In this document: piece by piece, positions 16,488 through 25,216 of the stretch
Numbering within the stretch: position 1 is the stretch's first letter
Layout: each line of letters opens with the position of its first letter
The notes under the pieces: model-generated
What the model was told of the DNA's origin: nothing
The model's input: only the letters and a program-made list of their open reading frames with translations
The model's database searches: none
Program-made: the position numbers and the translations under genes
Assembly (NCBI GenBank): GCA_018061075.1
Contig: JAGOUW010000002.1
Location: 38,944-102,943 of the forward strand
Direction: 5' to 3'
From: Candidatus Levyibacteriota bacterium
GTDB lineage: Bacteria; Patescibacteriota; Microgenomatia; Levybacterales; UBA12049
DNA length: 64,000 bases

Positions 16488-17756
16488 GTGTTAAAACCTA
16501 TGGCAGATCAAGACCTTATCGTATTAGAGAAGAAGTTAATCGAAAGACAAGAAAAACTCGAAAATGATCGAGAAGAATTAGAGCGCGAAAAAAAGGAACT
16601 CCAAAAAAAGAAAGATGAATATGTAGATAAGCTCCAAAAAGTTTCAAGCCTAACCTCAGAAGAAGCAAAGAAGGAATTGCTTACTCAAATCGAGGAAAGA
16701 GAAGTTCAGACTCTGGCAAAAATAATTAAAGAAAGAGAAGAGGAAGCAAAAAGAACAGCAGATAAAAAAGCCCAGGAAATAGTAGTTGAATCTATGCGTC
16801 ATGGTGCAGTGAGCTACATTCCAGAATATACGGTTAGTATCGTTAGAATTCCTGACGAGGAAATAAAGGGAAGAATAATTGGAAAAGAAGGAAGAAATAT
16901 TAGAGCATTTGAGCAAGCAACTGGAGTGGACGTAGATCTAGATGAAGAAGGAGTAATTAGACTTTCATCTTTTGATCAAGTTCGTCGAGAAATTGCTCGT
17001 AGATCTTTAGAAAAACTCATCAAGGATACCAGAGTTCAACCTTTTAGAATTGAAGAAATAGTTGAGGAGACAAAAAAAGAAGTAGAAAAAGTAATGTTTG
17101 AAGAGGGAGAAAAACTTTCTCATGAAGTTGGAGTATTTAATCTTCCAGCAGAGTTGATTGGAGTTTTAGGAAGAGCAAAATTCAGAACTTCATATGGTCA
17201 GAATTTAACGCTCCATCTACTTGAGACTGCAAAAATTGGAACTCATATAGCCGAAGAAGTAGGAGCAGATGTGAATATCGTTAGAATTGCCTGTATGCTT
17301 CATGACATAGGAAAAGTAGTGCCGGGTGAGGGAAGTCACGTTAAGCTTGGAGTGGACCTTTTAAAGAAATATAATATTCCTCAGCCAATTATTGACTGCG
17401 TCGCGCAACATCATGAGGATATTCCATTTTCATCAGTTGAGTCAGTGATAGTGCACGTTGCTGATCAAATATCAGGAGCTCGTCCTGGGGCCCGTTATGA
17501 AGATGTAGAAGAGTATGGAGTAAGACTTACCGAGATGGAAGATATCGCTAAAAAATATGATGGCGTAGAGGATGCATATGCTTTTGAAGCAGGAAGAGAA
17601 CTCCGAGTAATTATCAATCCAGGAAAACTTAGCGATGCAGAAACTACTTTAATTGCTGATAAGATCAGAGAAGAAGTGAGTAGATCCCTAGCGATTCCAG
17701 GAGAAGTAAAAGTTACAGCCATTCGTGAATTCCGCGCAGTCTCCGGAAATGAGTAA
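16488..17756 (+). CDS. rny: Ribonuclease Y (KH + HD domains), apparently lacking the N-terminal membrane anchor
   Basis: Coiled-coil N-terminus, KH motif IGKEGRNIRAFEQATGV, and HD domain LHDIGK...HH. GTG start at 16488 or ATG at 16500. No hydrophobic N-terminal helix is available in frame (an in-frame stop lies at 16428-16430). Confidence 0.88.
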   Translation: MLKPMADQDLIVLEKKLIERQEKLENDREELEREKKELQKKKDEYVDKLQKVSSLTSEEAKKELLTQIEEREVQTLAKIIKEREEEAKRTADKKAQEIVVESMRHGAVSYIPEYTVSIVRIPDEEIKGRIIGKEGRNIRAFEQATGVDVDLDEEGVIRLSSFDQVRREIARRSLEKLIKDTRVQPFRIEEIVEETKKEVEKVMFEEGEKLSHEVGVFNLPAELIGVLGRAKFRTSYGQNLTLHLLETAKIGTHIAEEVGADVNIVRIACMLHDIGKVVPGEGSHVKLGVDLLKKYNIPQPIIDCVAQHHEDIPFSSVESVIVHVADQISGARPGARYEDVEEYGVRLTEMEDIAKKYDGVEDAYAFEAGRELRVIINPGKLSDAETTLIADKIREEVSRSLAIPGEVKVTAIREFRAVSGNE

Positions 17757-17853
17757 ATTTCATCCCTCTTGACAGCATCTTCGTTTGCACTGTATTGTTA
17801 GTCTAATCAGTTGTTTTTAAAAATATTTTCAACAATAAGGGGGGTGATTATCT

Positions 17854-18126
17854 TTGACTAAAAAAGACTTAATAGTAGTAGTTGCAAAAAAAGCAAATCT
17901 TACAAATAAAGCTGCGGGAGATTCAGTAACTGCGATGTTAAATGGAATTAGAGATTCCTTAAAAAGAGGAGAAAAAGTGGTAATCACCGGTTTTGGCACG
18001 TTTAGTATAAGAAATAGATCTGAGCGCCCTGGGCGAAATCCTAAAACTGGAGAAAAAATTACACTTCCAGCTCGTCGTGCGCCAGGTTTTACACCTGGAA
18101 AAACTCTTAAAAAAGCGGTTAAATAA
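17854..18126 (+). CDS. hup: HU-type DNA-binding protein
   Basis: 90-aa ORF with GFGTFSIRNRSERPGRNPKTGEKITLPARRAPGFTPGKTLK, the canonical HU/IHF arm. TTG start 6 nt after SD AAGGGGGGTGA. Confidence 0.92.
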   Translation: MTKKDLIVVVAKKANLTNKAAGDSVTAMLNGIRDSLKRGEKVVITGFGTFSIRNRSERPGRNPKTGEKITLPARRAPGFTPGKTLKKAVK

Positions 18127-18128
18127 AT

Positions 18129-18469
18129 GCCGGGAAGGTAGTAAGCCAGATTCTGTTTTATTCTGCAATCTTTCTCATTGTGATGTTTGGTCACATTGGT
18201 CGCTTTAGGCGACTGCCCCATTTTCGATGCTCGCCTTAAAAAAGCTCAAACGCATCAGTCATGGGTTGCAGCAGGTAGGATTGCCCGTTTCATAACTACT
18301 CGTCTCTGTTGCTCTCAAGTCTTGTTAATTCAAAACCTGTACTAAATTCCGTTTAGTAGTCTAAGAATTTAGTCACCAGCTATTGCTAGCCGGAGCTTAT
18401 GCTCCATCCCCGTTTTAAGATCTGTCTGGACTTTCCTCTCCTTGCGGAGTAGCAGATCTTCTTCCCGGC
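18129..18469 (-). ncRNA. rnpB: RNase P RNA (bacterial type)
   Basis: The reverse complement begins GCCGGGAAGAAG... and ends ...CUUACUACCUUCCCGGC (terminal P1 pairing). It contains the universally conserved GAGAGGAAAGUCCAGAC near the 5' end and ACAGAAUCUGGCUUA near the 3' end (compare E. coli GAGGAAAGUCCGGGC and ACAGAACCCGGCUUA). The region has no credible CDS. Confidence 0.85.
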
Positions 18470-18486
18470 ACATGAATTATACCATA

Positions 18487-21384
18487 TCAGCTTATAGTAT
18501 TGCAAAGCATTTTATATTCACAATTAACACAAAGTACGCTCTTAGAGCATTTAAATTCGCTTTTCTCAATCTCATGAATCTTTTCTAATAATTCATCCTC
18601 AAGTTTTTCTAAATCTTTTGAATTAAAATTCATTGATTTCTTAGTATTGCCATCCAGGAAATGAAGAGTGAGAGTTATGTCTTCTGCATTTTTGTTTAAG
18701 ACGTCATCTTTAATTCTACTTGCTGCAAGAGCGTATATTGCAAGTTGAAGTTTATGTGCTTCCGAAGCCTTTGGATTATCTCCGCCAGTTTTATAATCGA
18801 TTATTTCTATGCCATTTCCTTTTGGATCAATTCTGTCAATTTTTCCAAAAACTTTAACCCCATTTTTTAAAGTAAAATTAAATGGATATTCAAGTCTTAG
18901 TGGAGTTGCATGATCTTTTATTTCTGTTTTATAAAAATCACTTAGACTTTTTTTCGCAAAAGTAAATCTTTCTTCTTCATGTTTCTTATTTAAATATCCC
19001 TCACTGTCCCATTCTTCTGTTAGAATTTTCTGAAGAACATTTTCTTTTGGAAATTCATTTGTTTCTTGGACTATTTTATAAAAATTCTGAAGAGTTTTAT
19101 GAACTGTAATTCCATAGCTTTGCGCTGATGTCGCGGGAGTAGGAATATTAAAAATTACCCTCGCTTTATAATGGAGTGGGCAAATATCAAACATTTGAAG
19201 ATTTGAGAATGTTATGTAGCTTACCTTAAAATCATTTTTTGGTTCAATTATTTCTTCTTTATCCTCATATGAAGAAAGAACTTCAGAAAGTGATAATTGT
19301 TTTACGCTTTTTTTCGCTTCTCCATTTTTTTCAATTTCAGGGAGTGCCTCGAAAATAAACGGAGAAATTTTCTTTGCTCTTTTTCCAGTTCCGTAAAAAT
19401 CTGCAGCAGTAAAGAATAATCTTTCTCTCGCTCTTGTCATTCCTACATAGAAAAGTCTTCTCTCTTCTTCCAGATGAAAGTCAGTTTCAGCTGTCAATTT
19501 TTCTTTTATAAGTTCTTGGGGTAATGGAATTTTTTCAGATCTTTCTCTGCTGGGAAATCTATCCGAAACAAGATTTACTAAAAACACTACATCAAATTCA
19601 AGACCTTTTGAGGAATGGACTGTCAAAATATTTACTGCATTTCTGTCTCTTATATCTACGTCAGCAGCTGTAGGACTATCTCCAATTTGAAGCATTAGAT
19701 TTAGCCATTCGGTTAGAGTAAAAATATTTGCGTCGCTTCTTTCTGTTTCAAAATTTTTAACTCTATCAAAAAATTTTGCAATGTTTTGAACTTTTCTTTC
19801 ATCCTTTACAGAATCCGTATTATTAAGAGTTTGATAAAGTCCTGAGTCTATTAAAAAGTCATAAAGAATTTGACCTGCTTGTTCTTTTTTACTTTTTTCT
19901 AAATGATTAACTGCCATTTTTCTAAAATTAGTTAATTTCTCCCTGGTTTCATCTTTCAGAAAACTTTGATCAAGAATTTCTAGTGTTTCAAAAAGTGTTA
20001 AATTTTTCTTTTTTGCAAAATTTAATAAATAATTTAACTCCACATATGGAATTTGAAAAATATCCATTGATAAAACTCTAAATAGTGAAATTGAATCAGA
20101 AAGATTTGTTAGAAAAATAAGATATGCGATTAAGTCTTTTATTTCTTCTTGCTGAAATAAATATCCAGGACCTAAAAATTGATAAGGAATTTTGTGTCTT
20201 CCTAAAGCAGAGGTAATAAGTTGTGCGTGGTTATTTGCTCTAACTAAAATAGCAATATCTTTATATTCATATTTTTTCGTTAGCTCTGTTATTTTTTTTG
20301 CAATTTCATCGGCTTCGTCTTCTGATCTTTGTTCATAGATAAGTTCTATTTTTTGATCTTTAACACTAGACTGAGAAATTAATTTTTTATCTATGCTTTC
20401 TACAATTTCTAGTCTATTTGGATTATTTTTTTGAATTAGTCCATAGCTTGAATCAAGAATTGTTTGTGTAGACCTGTAATTTTTTATAAGAGTTATTATC
20501 TGCGCATTCGGAAAGCTCTTTTTAAATTGCAAAACGTTTGATACAGCAGCCCCTCTAAATCTATAGATTGACTGATCATCATCTGCAACAACTGTTATGT
20601 TTTTGTCGTCCCCTGCTAAGAGAATTGCTAATTCATTTTGTGCATAGTTAGTGTCTTGAAATTCATCAACCATTATAAATTTAAATTGGTCTTGATATCT
20701 TTTTAAAACATTATTTCTTTCTCTAAATAATTTAAGAGAATTTGAAATAAGATCTGAAAAATCCATAAAAGAATTTTTCACTTTTAAATCTTCATAATTT
20801 TTATATGCATTTGCAAGTTCTAGGTATTGATTTTTTTCATCCACGTTTTTATTTGATTTTGCCCATTTAATATAATCAGCGGGAGTTATGTCCTCATCTT
20901 TAAGTCTTGAAAAATGTGTTAACAGTCCATCAAGAAATTTTGTTGGATTTCCCAGGGGACGAAATAGTTCTAATCCTAAATCAAAAATATTTTTCTGCAT
21001 AAGAAGAATTGCTTCCGATTCAGAAATTAATTTGTAGTTTGGGTCAAGTCCGATGTGATGTGCTTCATCTCTAAGTATTCGATCGCAGAAAGAATGAAAA
21101 GTATTAATCCAAAGATTTGTGTAGCCATATGGTAAAAGCTTGTCTACTCTCTCCTGCATCTCATATGCAGCCTTTTCAGTAAAAGTTAATGCAAGAATTG
21201 AAGAAGGAAGGATTTTTTCATTTGTAATTAGATGTTTGATTCTTTCAGTTACAACTGTCGTTTTTCCGGTCCCTGCACCAGCAATTATTAGAAGTGGTCC
21301 TTTCCCATGTTTTATCGCTTCAATTTGTTCTTTGTTGAGTTTTTTGTCTGCCATAAGCGTCGGAAGTGTTATTAACTCTAACAT
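18487..21384 (-). CDS. UvrD/PcrA-type superfamily-1 helicase fused to a C-terminal PD-(D/E)XK nuclease with a 4-Cys cluster
   Basis: Walker A AGAGTGKTT, DEFQDT (motif II), helicase motifs through VGMTRARERL. The C-terminal nuclease domain carries CPLHY...GKIDRID...DYKTG and C-x2-C-x5-C (CVNCEYKMLC), as in AddB/Cas4. The likely true start is the internal ATG at 21354 (MADKKLNKEQ). Confidence 0.88.
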   Translation of the reverse strand: MLELITLPTLMADKKLNKEQIEAIKHGKGPLLIIAGAGTGKTTVVTERIKHLITNEKILPSSILALTFTEKAAYEMQERVDKLLPYGYTNLWINTFHSFCDRILRDEAHHIGLDPNYKLISESEAILLMQKNIFDLGLELFRPLGNPTKFLDGLLTHFSRLKDEDITPADYIKWAKSNKNVDEKNQYLELANAYKNYEDLKVKNSFMDFSDLISNSLKLFRERNNVLKRYQDQFKFIMVDEFQDTNYAQNELAILLAGDDKNITVVADDDQSIYRFRGAAVSNVLQFKKSFPNAQIITLIKNYRSTQTILDSSYGLIQKNNPNRLEIVESIDKKLISQSSVKDQKIELIYEQRSEDEADEIAKKITELTKKYEYKDIAILVRANNHAQLITSALGRHKIPYQFLGPGYLFQQEEIKDLIAYLIFLTNLSDSISLFRVLSMDIFQIPYVELNYLLNFAKKKNLTLFETLEILDQSFLKDETREKLTNFRKMAVNHLEKSKKEQAGQILYDFLIDSGLYQTLNNTDSVKDERKVQNIAKFFDRVKNFETERSDANIFTLTEWLNLMLQIGDSPTAADVDIRDRNAVNILTVHSSKGLEFDVVFLVNLVSDRFPSRERSEKIPLPQELIKEKLTAETDFHLEEERRLFYVGMTRARERLFFTAADFYGTGKRAKKISPFIFEALPEIEKNGEAKKSVKQLSLSEVLSSYEDKEEIIEPKNDFKVSYITFSNLQMFDICPLHYKARVIFNIPTPATSAQSYGITVHKTLQNFYKIVQETNEFPKENVLQKILTEEWDSEGYLNKKHEEERFTFAKKSLSDFYKTEIKDHATPLRLEYPFNFTLKNGVKVFGKIDRIDPKGNGIEIIDYKTGGDNPKASEAHKLQLAIYALAASRIKDDVLNKNAEDITLTLHFLDGNTKKSMNFNSKDLEKLEDELLEKIHEIEKSEFKCSKSVLCVNCEYKMLCNTIS

Positions 21385-21414
21385 AACTTACTGGTATAAT
21401 CAACGTAAATTAGG

Positions 21415-22143
21415 ATGAATAAAGCACAAAAATTTGAATTAGAATTTATTAAAAAAGAAATAGTTTCTAAGGACGCATATTCATTTTATTTCAACAGAAA
21501 AAAACATAGATTTAATTTTTCACCTGGTCAATATTTAAAACTTTTTTTAGATATAGAAAATCCAGATGAAAGGGGGTCATCAAGATATTTTACGATTTCC
21601 TCAAGTCCAACTGACAAAGATTTTTTAACTATCACTACTAGGGTTATAAAAAGCTCGTTTAAATTAAAACTAAATAGTTTAAATCCAGGAGACAGGGTTA
21701 GAGCGTTTGGTCCAATTGGATATTTCGATTTCGATATAAAAGATAACAGAGAGCAAGTTTTTTTAGCTGGAGGAATCGGAATGACTCCTGCGCATTCTAT
21801 CTTAAGACTTGTTGACGCTAAAAAAGAAAAAACAAAAATACTTTTAATTGTTTCTTTTCCAAAGTTTTCAGAAATTATTTTTTATGAAGATTTAAAAGAA
21901 ATTGAATCTAGAAATAAAAATATAAAAATAATTTATACATTAACAAATGAAGATAAAAAAATTGAAGGATTTGAAAAAGGACATATTAATGAAAGTTTAA
22001 TAAAGAAATATTCCAAAGATTTAAAAAATACAAAATATTTTATTGTAGGATCTGAATCATTCGAATATTCAATGATTAATTTATTAACGAAGATGAAAAT
22101 CAAAGAGGAGAATATGTTTAAGGAAAATTTTCCTGGATATTAA
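21415..22143 (+). CDS. Ferredoxin-NADP reductase-like FAD/NAD(P)-binding oxidoreductase
   Basis: 242-aa ORF with RYFTISS (the RxYS FAD motif) and LAGGIGMTP (NAD(P)-binding) motifs. Confidence 0.75.
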   Translation: MNKAQKFELEFIKKEIVSKDAYSFYFNRKKHRFNFSPGQYLKLFLDIENPDERGSSRYFTISSSPTDKDFLTITTRVIKSSFKLKLNSLNPGDRVRAFGPIGYFDFDIKDNREQVFLAGGIGMTPAHSILRLVDAKKEKTKILLIVSFPKFSEIIFYEDLKEIESRNKNIKIIYTLTNEDKKIEGFEKGHINESLIKKYSKDLKNTKYFIVGSESFEYSMINLLTKMKIKEENMFKENFPGY

Positions 22144-23198
22144 TCAGTTAATTTTTTCTCGACCTCGAAATCTAATTGTCTTGTTGTCTCAAGTTTTTTC
22201 CCAATTTTTTGAAAGGATGAGATCACATTATTAAACTGAGTAGAGGAATTTCCAATGTGTCTTCCTAATACTCCTAAGTTTTCATCCACCTTTTCATAGT
22301 CCACCTTAAGAGCTCTTAGCATTGCAAAAACTTCTCTGCTTTTTGATTCAATTTTCTTTCCCTCAAAAGAAAGTAAAATTACCTGAAGATGCGCGTATAG
22401 AGTCGTAGGAGAAACTGCGTAAACTCGCATTCTTCTTGCATAATCTAAAAGGCTTGCGTCGTTTGCGATTTCATAATATACGGGTTCACTTGGAATATAC
22501 ATTAAACAAAAATCCATAGTTCCTTCTTCAGGTAAAATATATTTTTTAGAAATTGAGTCAATATGTTTTTTAACATCTCTAATGAACTCCCTTTTATATG
22601 AATCTTTCTCCGTAGCGTTTTCTGCCTTTGTCATTTTCTGAAAATTTTCCATTGGGAATTTAGAATCAATTGGCAGAATTCCCGCATCTGTTTTTATGGC
22701 GGCATCTACTTTTTCTCCGCTTCTAAATTGGTATTGAAGATTAAAACTATTTTTTGGAAATGTCTGAGAAATTAAATCTTTTAAAACTTCTTCTCCAATA
22801 TTTCCTCTAAGCTTTGGGCTTTTTAAAAATTCCTGGAGCTCTTTCATTGAGCGTCCGATTTCTGACATTTGTCCAACCTCACGACTCACGTCTCTAATTA
22901 CTTCGGCGGCTTTTGTTAGTCTATCGTTAATTTGCTTATTATTTTCCTGAAGGGTCTGTGTCATTTCTAGGGAAGTATTTCTCATCGATTGATTTAGAGT
23001 TTTGTTTGTTTCATCAATTGATCCTTGCATGCTCTTAAGCCATTCGGTCAATGTTTTGTCAGAAGTTGGCGATTGACTCTTTTTGGAAAGGAGATAGTAA
23101 AGGATTGAAAAACCAGAAATGATTGCGACCAGAATTATGAGCAGTTCTTGGGACATAGGTGATATTTTACCACTAAAAGTAAAGAGATGGGTCTGCAT
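22140..23198 (-). CDS. rmuC: DNA recombination protein RmuC
   Basis: N-terminal TM helix, long coiled coil, and a C-terminal nuclease-like region (VDAAIKTDAGILPIDSKFP...CLMYIPSE). The start may be the internal ATG at 23156, which would remove the overlap with tsaD. Confidence 0.85.
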   Translation of the reverse strand: MQTHLFTFSGKISPMSQELLIILVAIISGFSILYYLLSKKSQSPTSDKTLTEWLKSMQGSIDETNKTLNQSMRNTSLEMTQTLQENNKQINDRLTKAAEVIRDVSREVGQMSEIGRSMKELQEFLKSPKLRGNIGEEVLKDLISQTFPKNSFNLQYQFRSGEKVDAAIKTDAGILPIDSKFPMENFQKMTKAENATEKDSYKREFIRDVKKHIDSISKKYILPEEGTMDFCLMYIPSEPVYYEIANDASLLDYARRMRVYAVSPTTLYAHLQVILLSFEGKKIESKSREVFAMLRALKVDYEKVDENLGVLGRHIGNSSTQFNNVISSFQKIGKKLETTRQLDFEVEKKLTD

Positions 23199-24258
23199 TT
23201 ACTTTTTGCCACGAAATTTGCTTACCGGTAAAGAAAGCAGCTGAGGCTATCATGGCCCCGTTATCAGTGCATAGATTTCTCGGAGGAACAAAAAGTTTGA
23301 TTAGGGATTGGTCTTTATTTATTGAAGACTGAAGCCTGTCGCGAAGTTTTTGGTTTGCAGCAACGCCACCGCCTACCAGGATTGATTTTACTTTATATTT
23401 CTTAGTAGCCTTCATGGTTTTAGAGACTAAAACGGAAACAATTGCTTCTTCAAGAGAAGCACAAAGATCATTTAATTTTTGCTTATCAGATTCACTAAAT
23501 GCTTTATCTTTAGTAATTTGTTCCCAGCTAATTTGAGCATTGCTAGTTCTAAGAATAGGGAAGTGTAGCTGTGTTTCTCTTAAAAAAGCTGCCTTAAGTC
23601 CTGAAAAAGAAAATTCAAAATCACGACTTCCAATCATTGGTCTTGGAAATTGAAATGTCTTCGGATTTCCTTTTTCTGCAAGTTCTGCGATTTTTGGCCC
23701 TCCCGGATAGGGAAAACCAAGAAGACGTGCACATTTATCAAAACATTCTCCAGCTGCATCATCCCTAGTTCCTCCAAGCCATTTAATGTCTCCATGTTTT
23801 TTTAATAGAACTAGGTCTGTGTGACCACCAGATACGACTAAGGAGAGAGCGGGAAATTCTATATCGTCTTGGTCCGTATCAATGAAATTTGCATAGATGT
23901 GGCCAATTAAATGATTTGTCGGAATTAATGGAATATCGTTTGCATATGAAATTGCTTTTACGCTTTCAACACCTATCAAAAGAGATCCGATGAGTCCTGG
24001 CCCATAGGTTACAGCAATTTTATCTATTTCGTTAAATTTTACATCTGCGTCCATTAGCGCTTTTTTAATAACAGGAATAATAAATTTTACTTGCTCACGA
24101 GCTGCGGTTTCAGGAATTATTCCTCCAGTTTCAGAATGCATAGGAAGAGATGAGGAAATAACGTTTGAAAGTAGAGTTACTTTTTTAGAGTTTTTCGTGG
24201 CCTTTATGATTGCTGCGCTTGTTTCATCACAGCTGGTTTCGATGCCTAAAATGAGCAT
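23173..24258 (-). CDS. tsaD: tRNA N6-adenosine threonylcarbamoyltransferase TsaD
   Basis: ILGIETSCDETSAAII N-terminus, HLIGHIYA (metal-binding His pair), and GGVAANQKLR. Confidence 0.93.
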   Translation of the reverse strand: MLILGIETSCDETSAAIIKATKNSKKVTLLSNVISSSLPMHSETGGIIPETAAREQVKFIIPVIKKALMDADVKFNEIDKIAVTYGPGLIGSLLIGVESVKAISYANDIPLIPTNHLIGHIYANFIDTDQDDIEFPALSLVVSGGHTDLVLLKKHGDIKWLGGTRDDAAGECFDKCARLLGFPYPGGPKIAELAEKGNPKTFQFPRPMIGSRDFEFSFSGLKAAFLRETQLHFPILRTSNAQISWEQITKDKAFSESDKQKLNDLCASLEEAIVSVLVSKTMKATKKYKVKSILVGGGVAANQKLRDRLQSSINKDQSLIKLFVPPRNLCTDNGAMIASAAFFTGKQISWQKVNADPSLYF

Positions 24259-24261
24259 ATT

Positions 24262-24732
24262 TTAGAGGGAGCCAGTTTTAATTATTGTGCCTTTTTTAAT
24301 GTTATATTTTTTCGCAAGTCCGCTGTTTATTTCTAGGACTTTATCTGATTCTGAATCTGGCTGGTATATTTCAAGATTCGTTTCACTTGTTCCAGGTTTT
24401 GCATTTTCAATTACAGTTGTAACTTTATCTCCATTTATATAAATGATATCAATTGGATAATCCATATTTTTCATCCAGAATGAATAAAAGTCTGGTTTAT
24501 CAAATATGAAAAGCATTCCTTGATTTTCTGAAAGTTTTTCAGTGTTTGAAAGACCAGTCTGTCTTTCTTTTTCAGTTTTTGCGATGCTTACATTAAATGT
24601 TTTATCGTTAACTGTTACTTGTGTAGCTTTTTTGCTCATAACAAAAGTTATGATTAAAAGTCCTATGAATAGGACAACTGCCGCTCCAATTAAAAGTCTT
24701 ATGTTTTCTTTTATAAATCCAAATAAATTCAT
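24262..24732 (-). CDS. DUF192-family protein with N-terminal membrane anchor
   Basis: 156-aa ORF with a TM helix, then GLSNTEKLSENQGMLFIFDKP...FWMKNMDYPIDIIYI, typical of DUF192. Confidence 0.7.
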   Translation of the reverse strand: MNLFGFIKENIRLLIGAAVVLFIGLLIITFVMSKKATQVTVNDKTFNVSIAKTEKERQTGLSNTEKLSENQGMLFIFDKPDFYSFWMKNMDYPIDIIYINGDKVTTVIENAKPGTSETNLEIYQPDSESDKVLEINSGLAKKYNIKKGTIIKTGSL

Positions 24733-24733
24733 A

Positions 24734-25216
24734 TTAACCTCTTATTTCGTTTATTAGAGCTGTTGTAGATCTATTATCTATTTTTTTAATAACTACTTTA
24801 AGCTCTGATCCAATTGATTCGCATTGTTTTTTTCTCTTATCCGTCTGCGAATCGCCTTCTGTTATAGCTATAACTTCAGGCCTAATTTGAATCATTATTC
24901 TATCATATTCTTCATCAGTTGTCACGCCTACAAGTGGAATTATATAATCAACATCGCTAATTGCAGAAACTACTATCTGTCTATTTTTTTGAGAATTTAT
25001 AGGTCGTCCATTGCCTTTTCTTTTCTTAATGCTCTCGTCGCTTTCTAGGAGTAGGATTAATGCGTCACCTTCTCTTTTTGCAGCTTCTAGAAATAAAATA
25101 TGTCCTGGATGGATAATGTCAAAGCATCCGCCAACTAAAACAATTTTTTTATTTTCCTCTTTTAATCTGAGGACAGTTTCAGAAATATCATTAAGTTCTA
25201 TAATTTTTCCCGCCAT
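24734..25216 (-). CDS. Cytidylyltransferase-like nucleotidyltransferase (TagD/RfaE-domain-II family)
   Basis: VLVGGCFDIIHPGHILFLEAAK carries the (T/H)xGH signature of this superfamily. 160 aa. Confidence 0.75.
   Translation of the reverse strand: MAGKIIELNDISETVLRLKEENKKIVLVGGCFDIIHPGHILFLEAAKREGDALILLLESDESIKKRKGNGRPINSQKNRQIVVSAISDVDYIIPLVGVTTDEEYDRIMIQIRPEVIAITEGDSQTDKRKKQCESIGSELKVVIKKIDNRSTTALINEIRG

Noticed and set aside
17829-18221. 130-aa and 69-aa minus-strand ORFs (17829-18221, 17959-18168) spanning hup and the adjacent non-coding region.
   Set aside because: They run antisense through the HU gene and into the RNase P RNA. The conserved RNase P sequence blocks explain the non-coding part, and the HU motif explains the rest.
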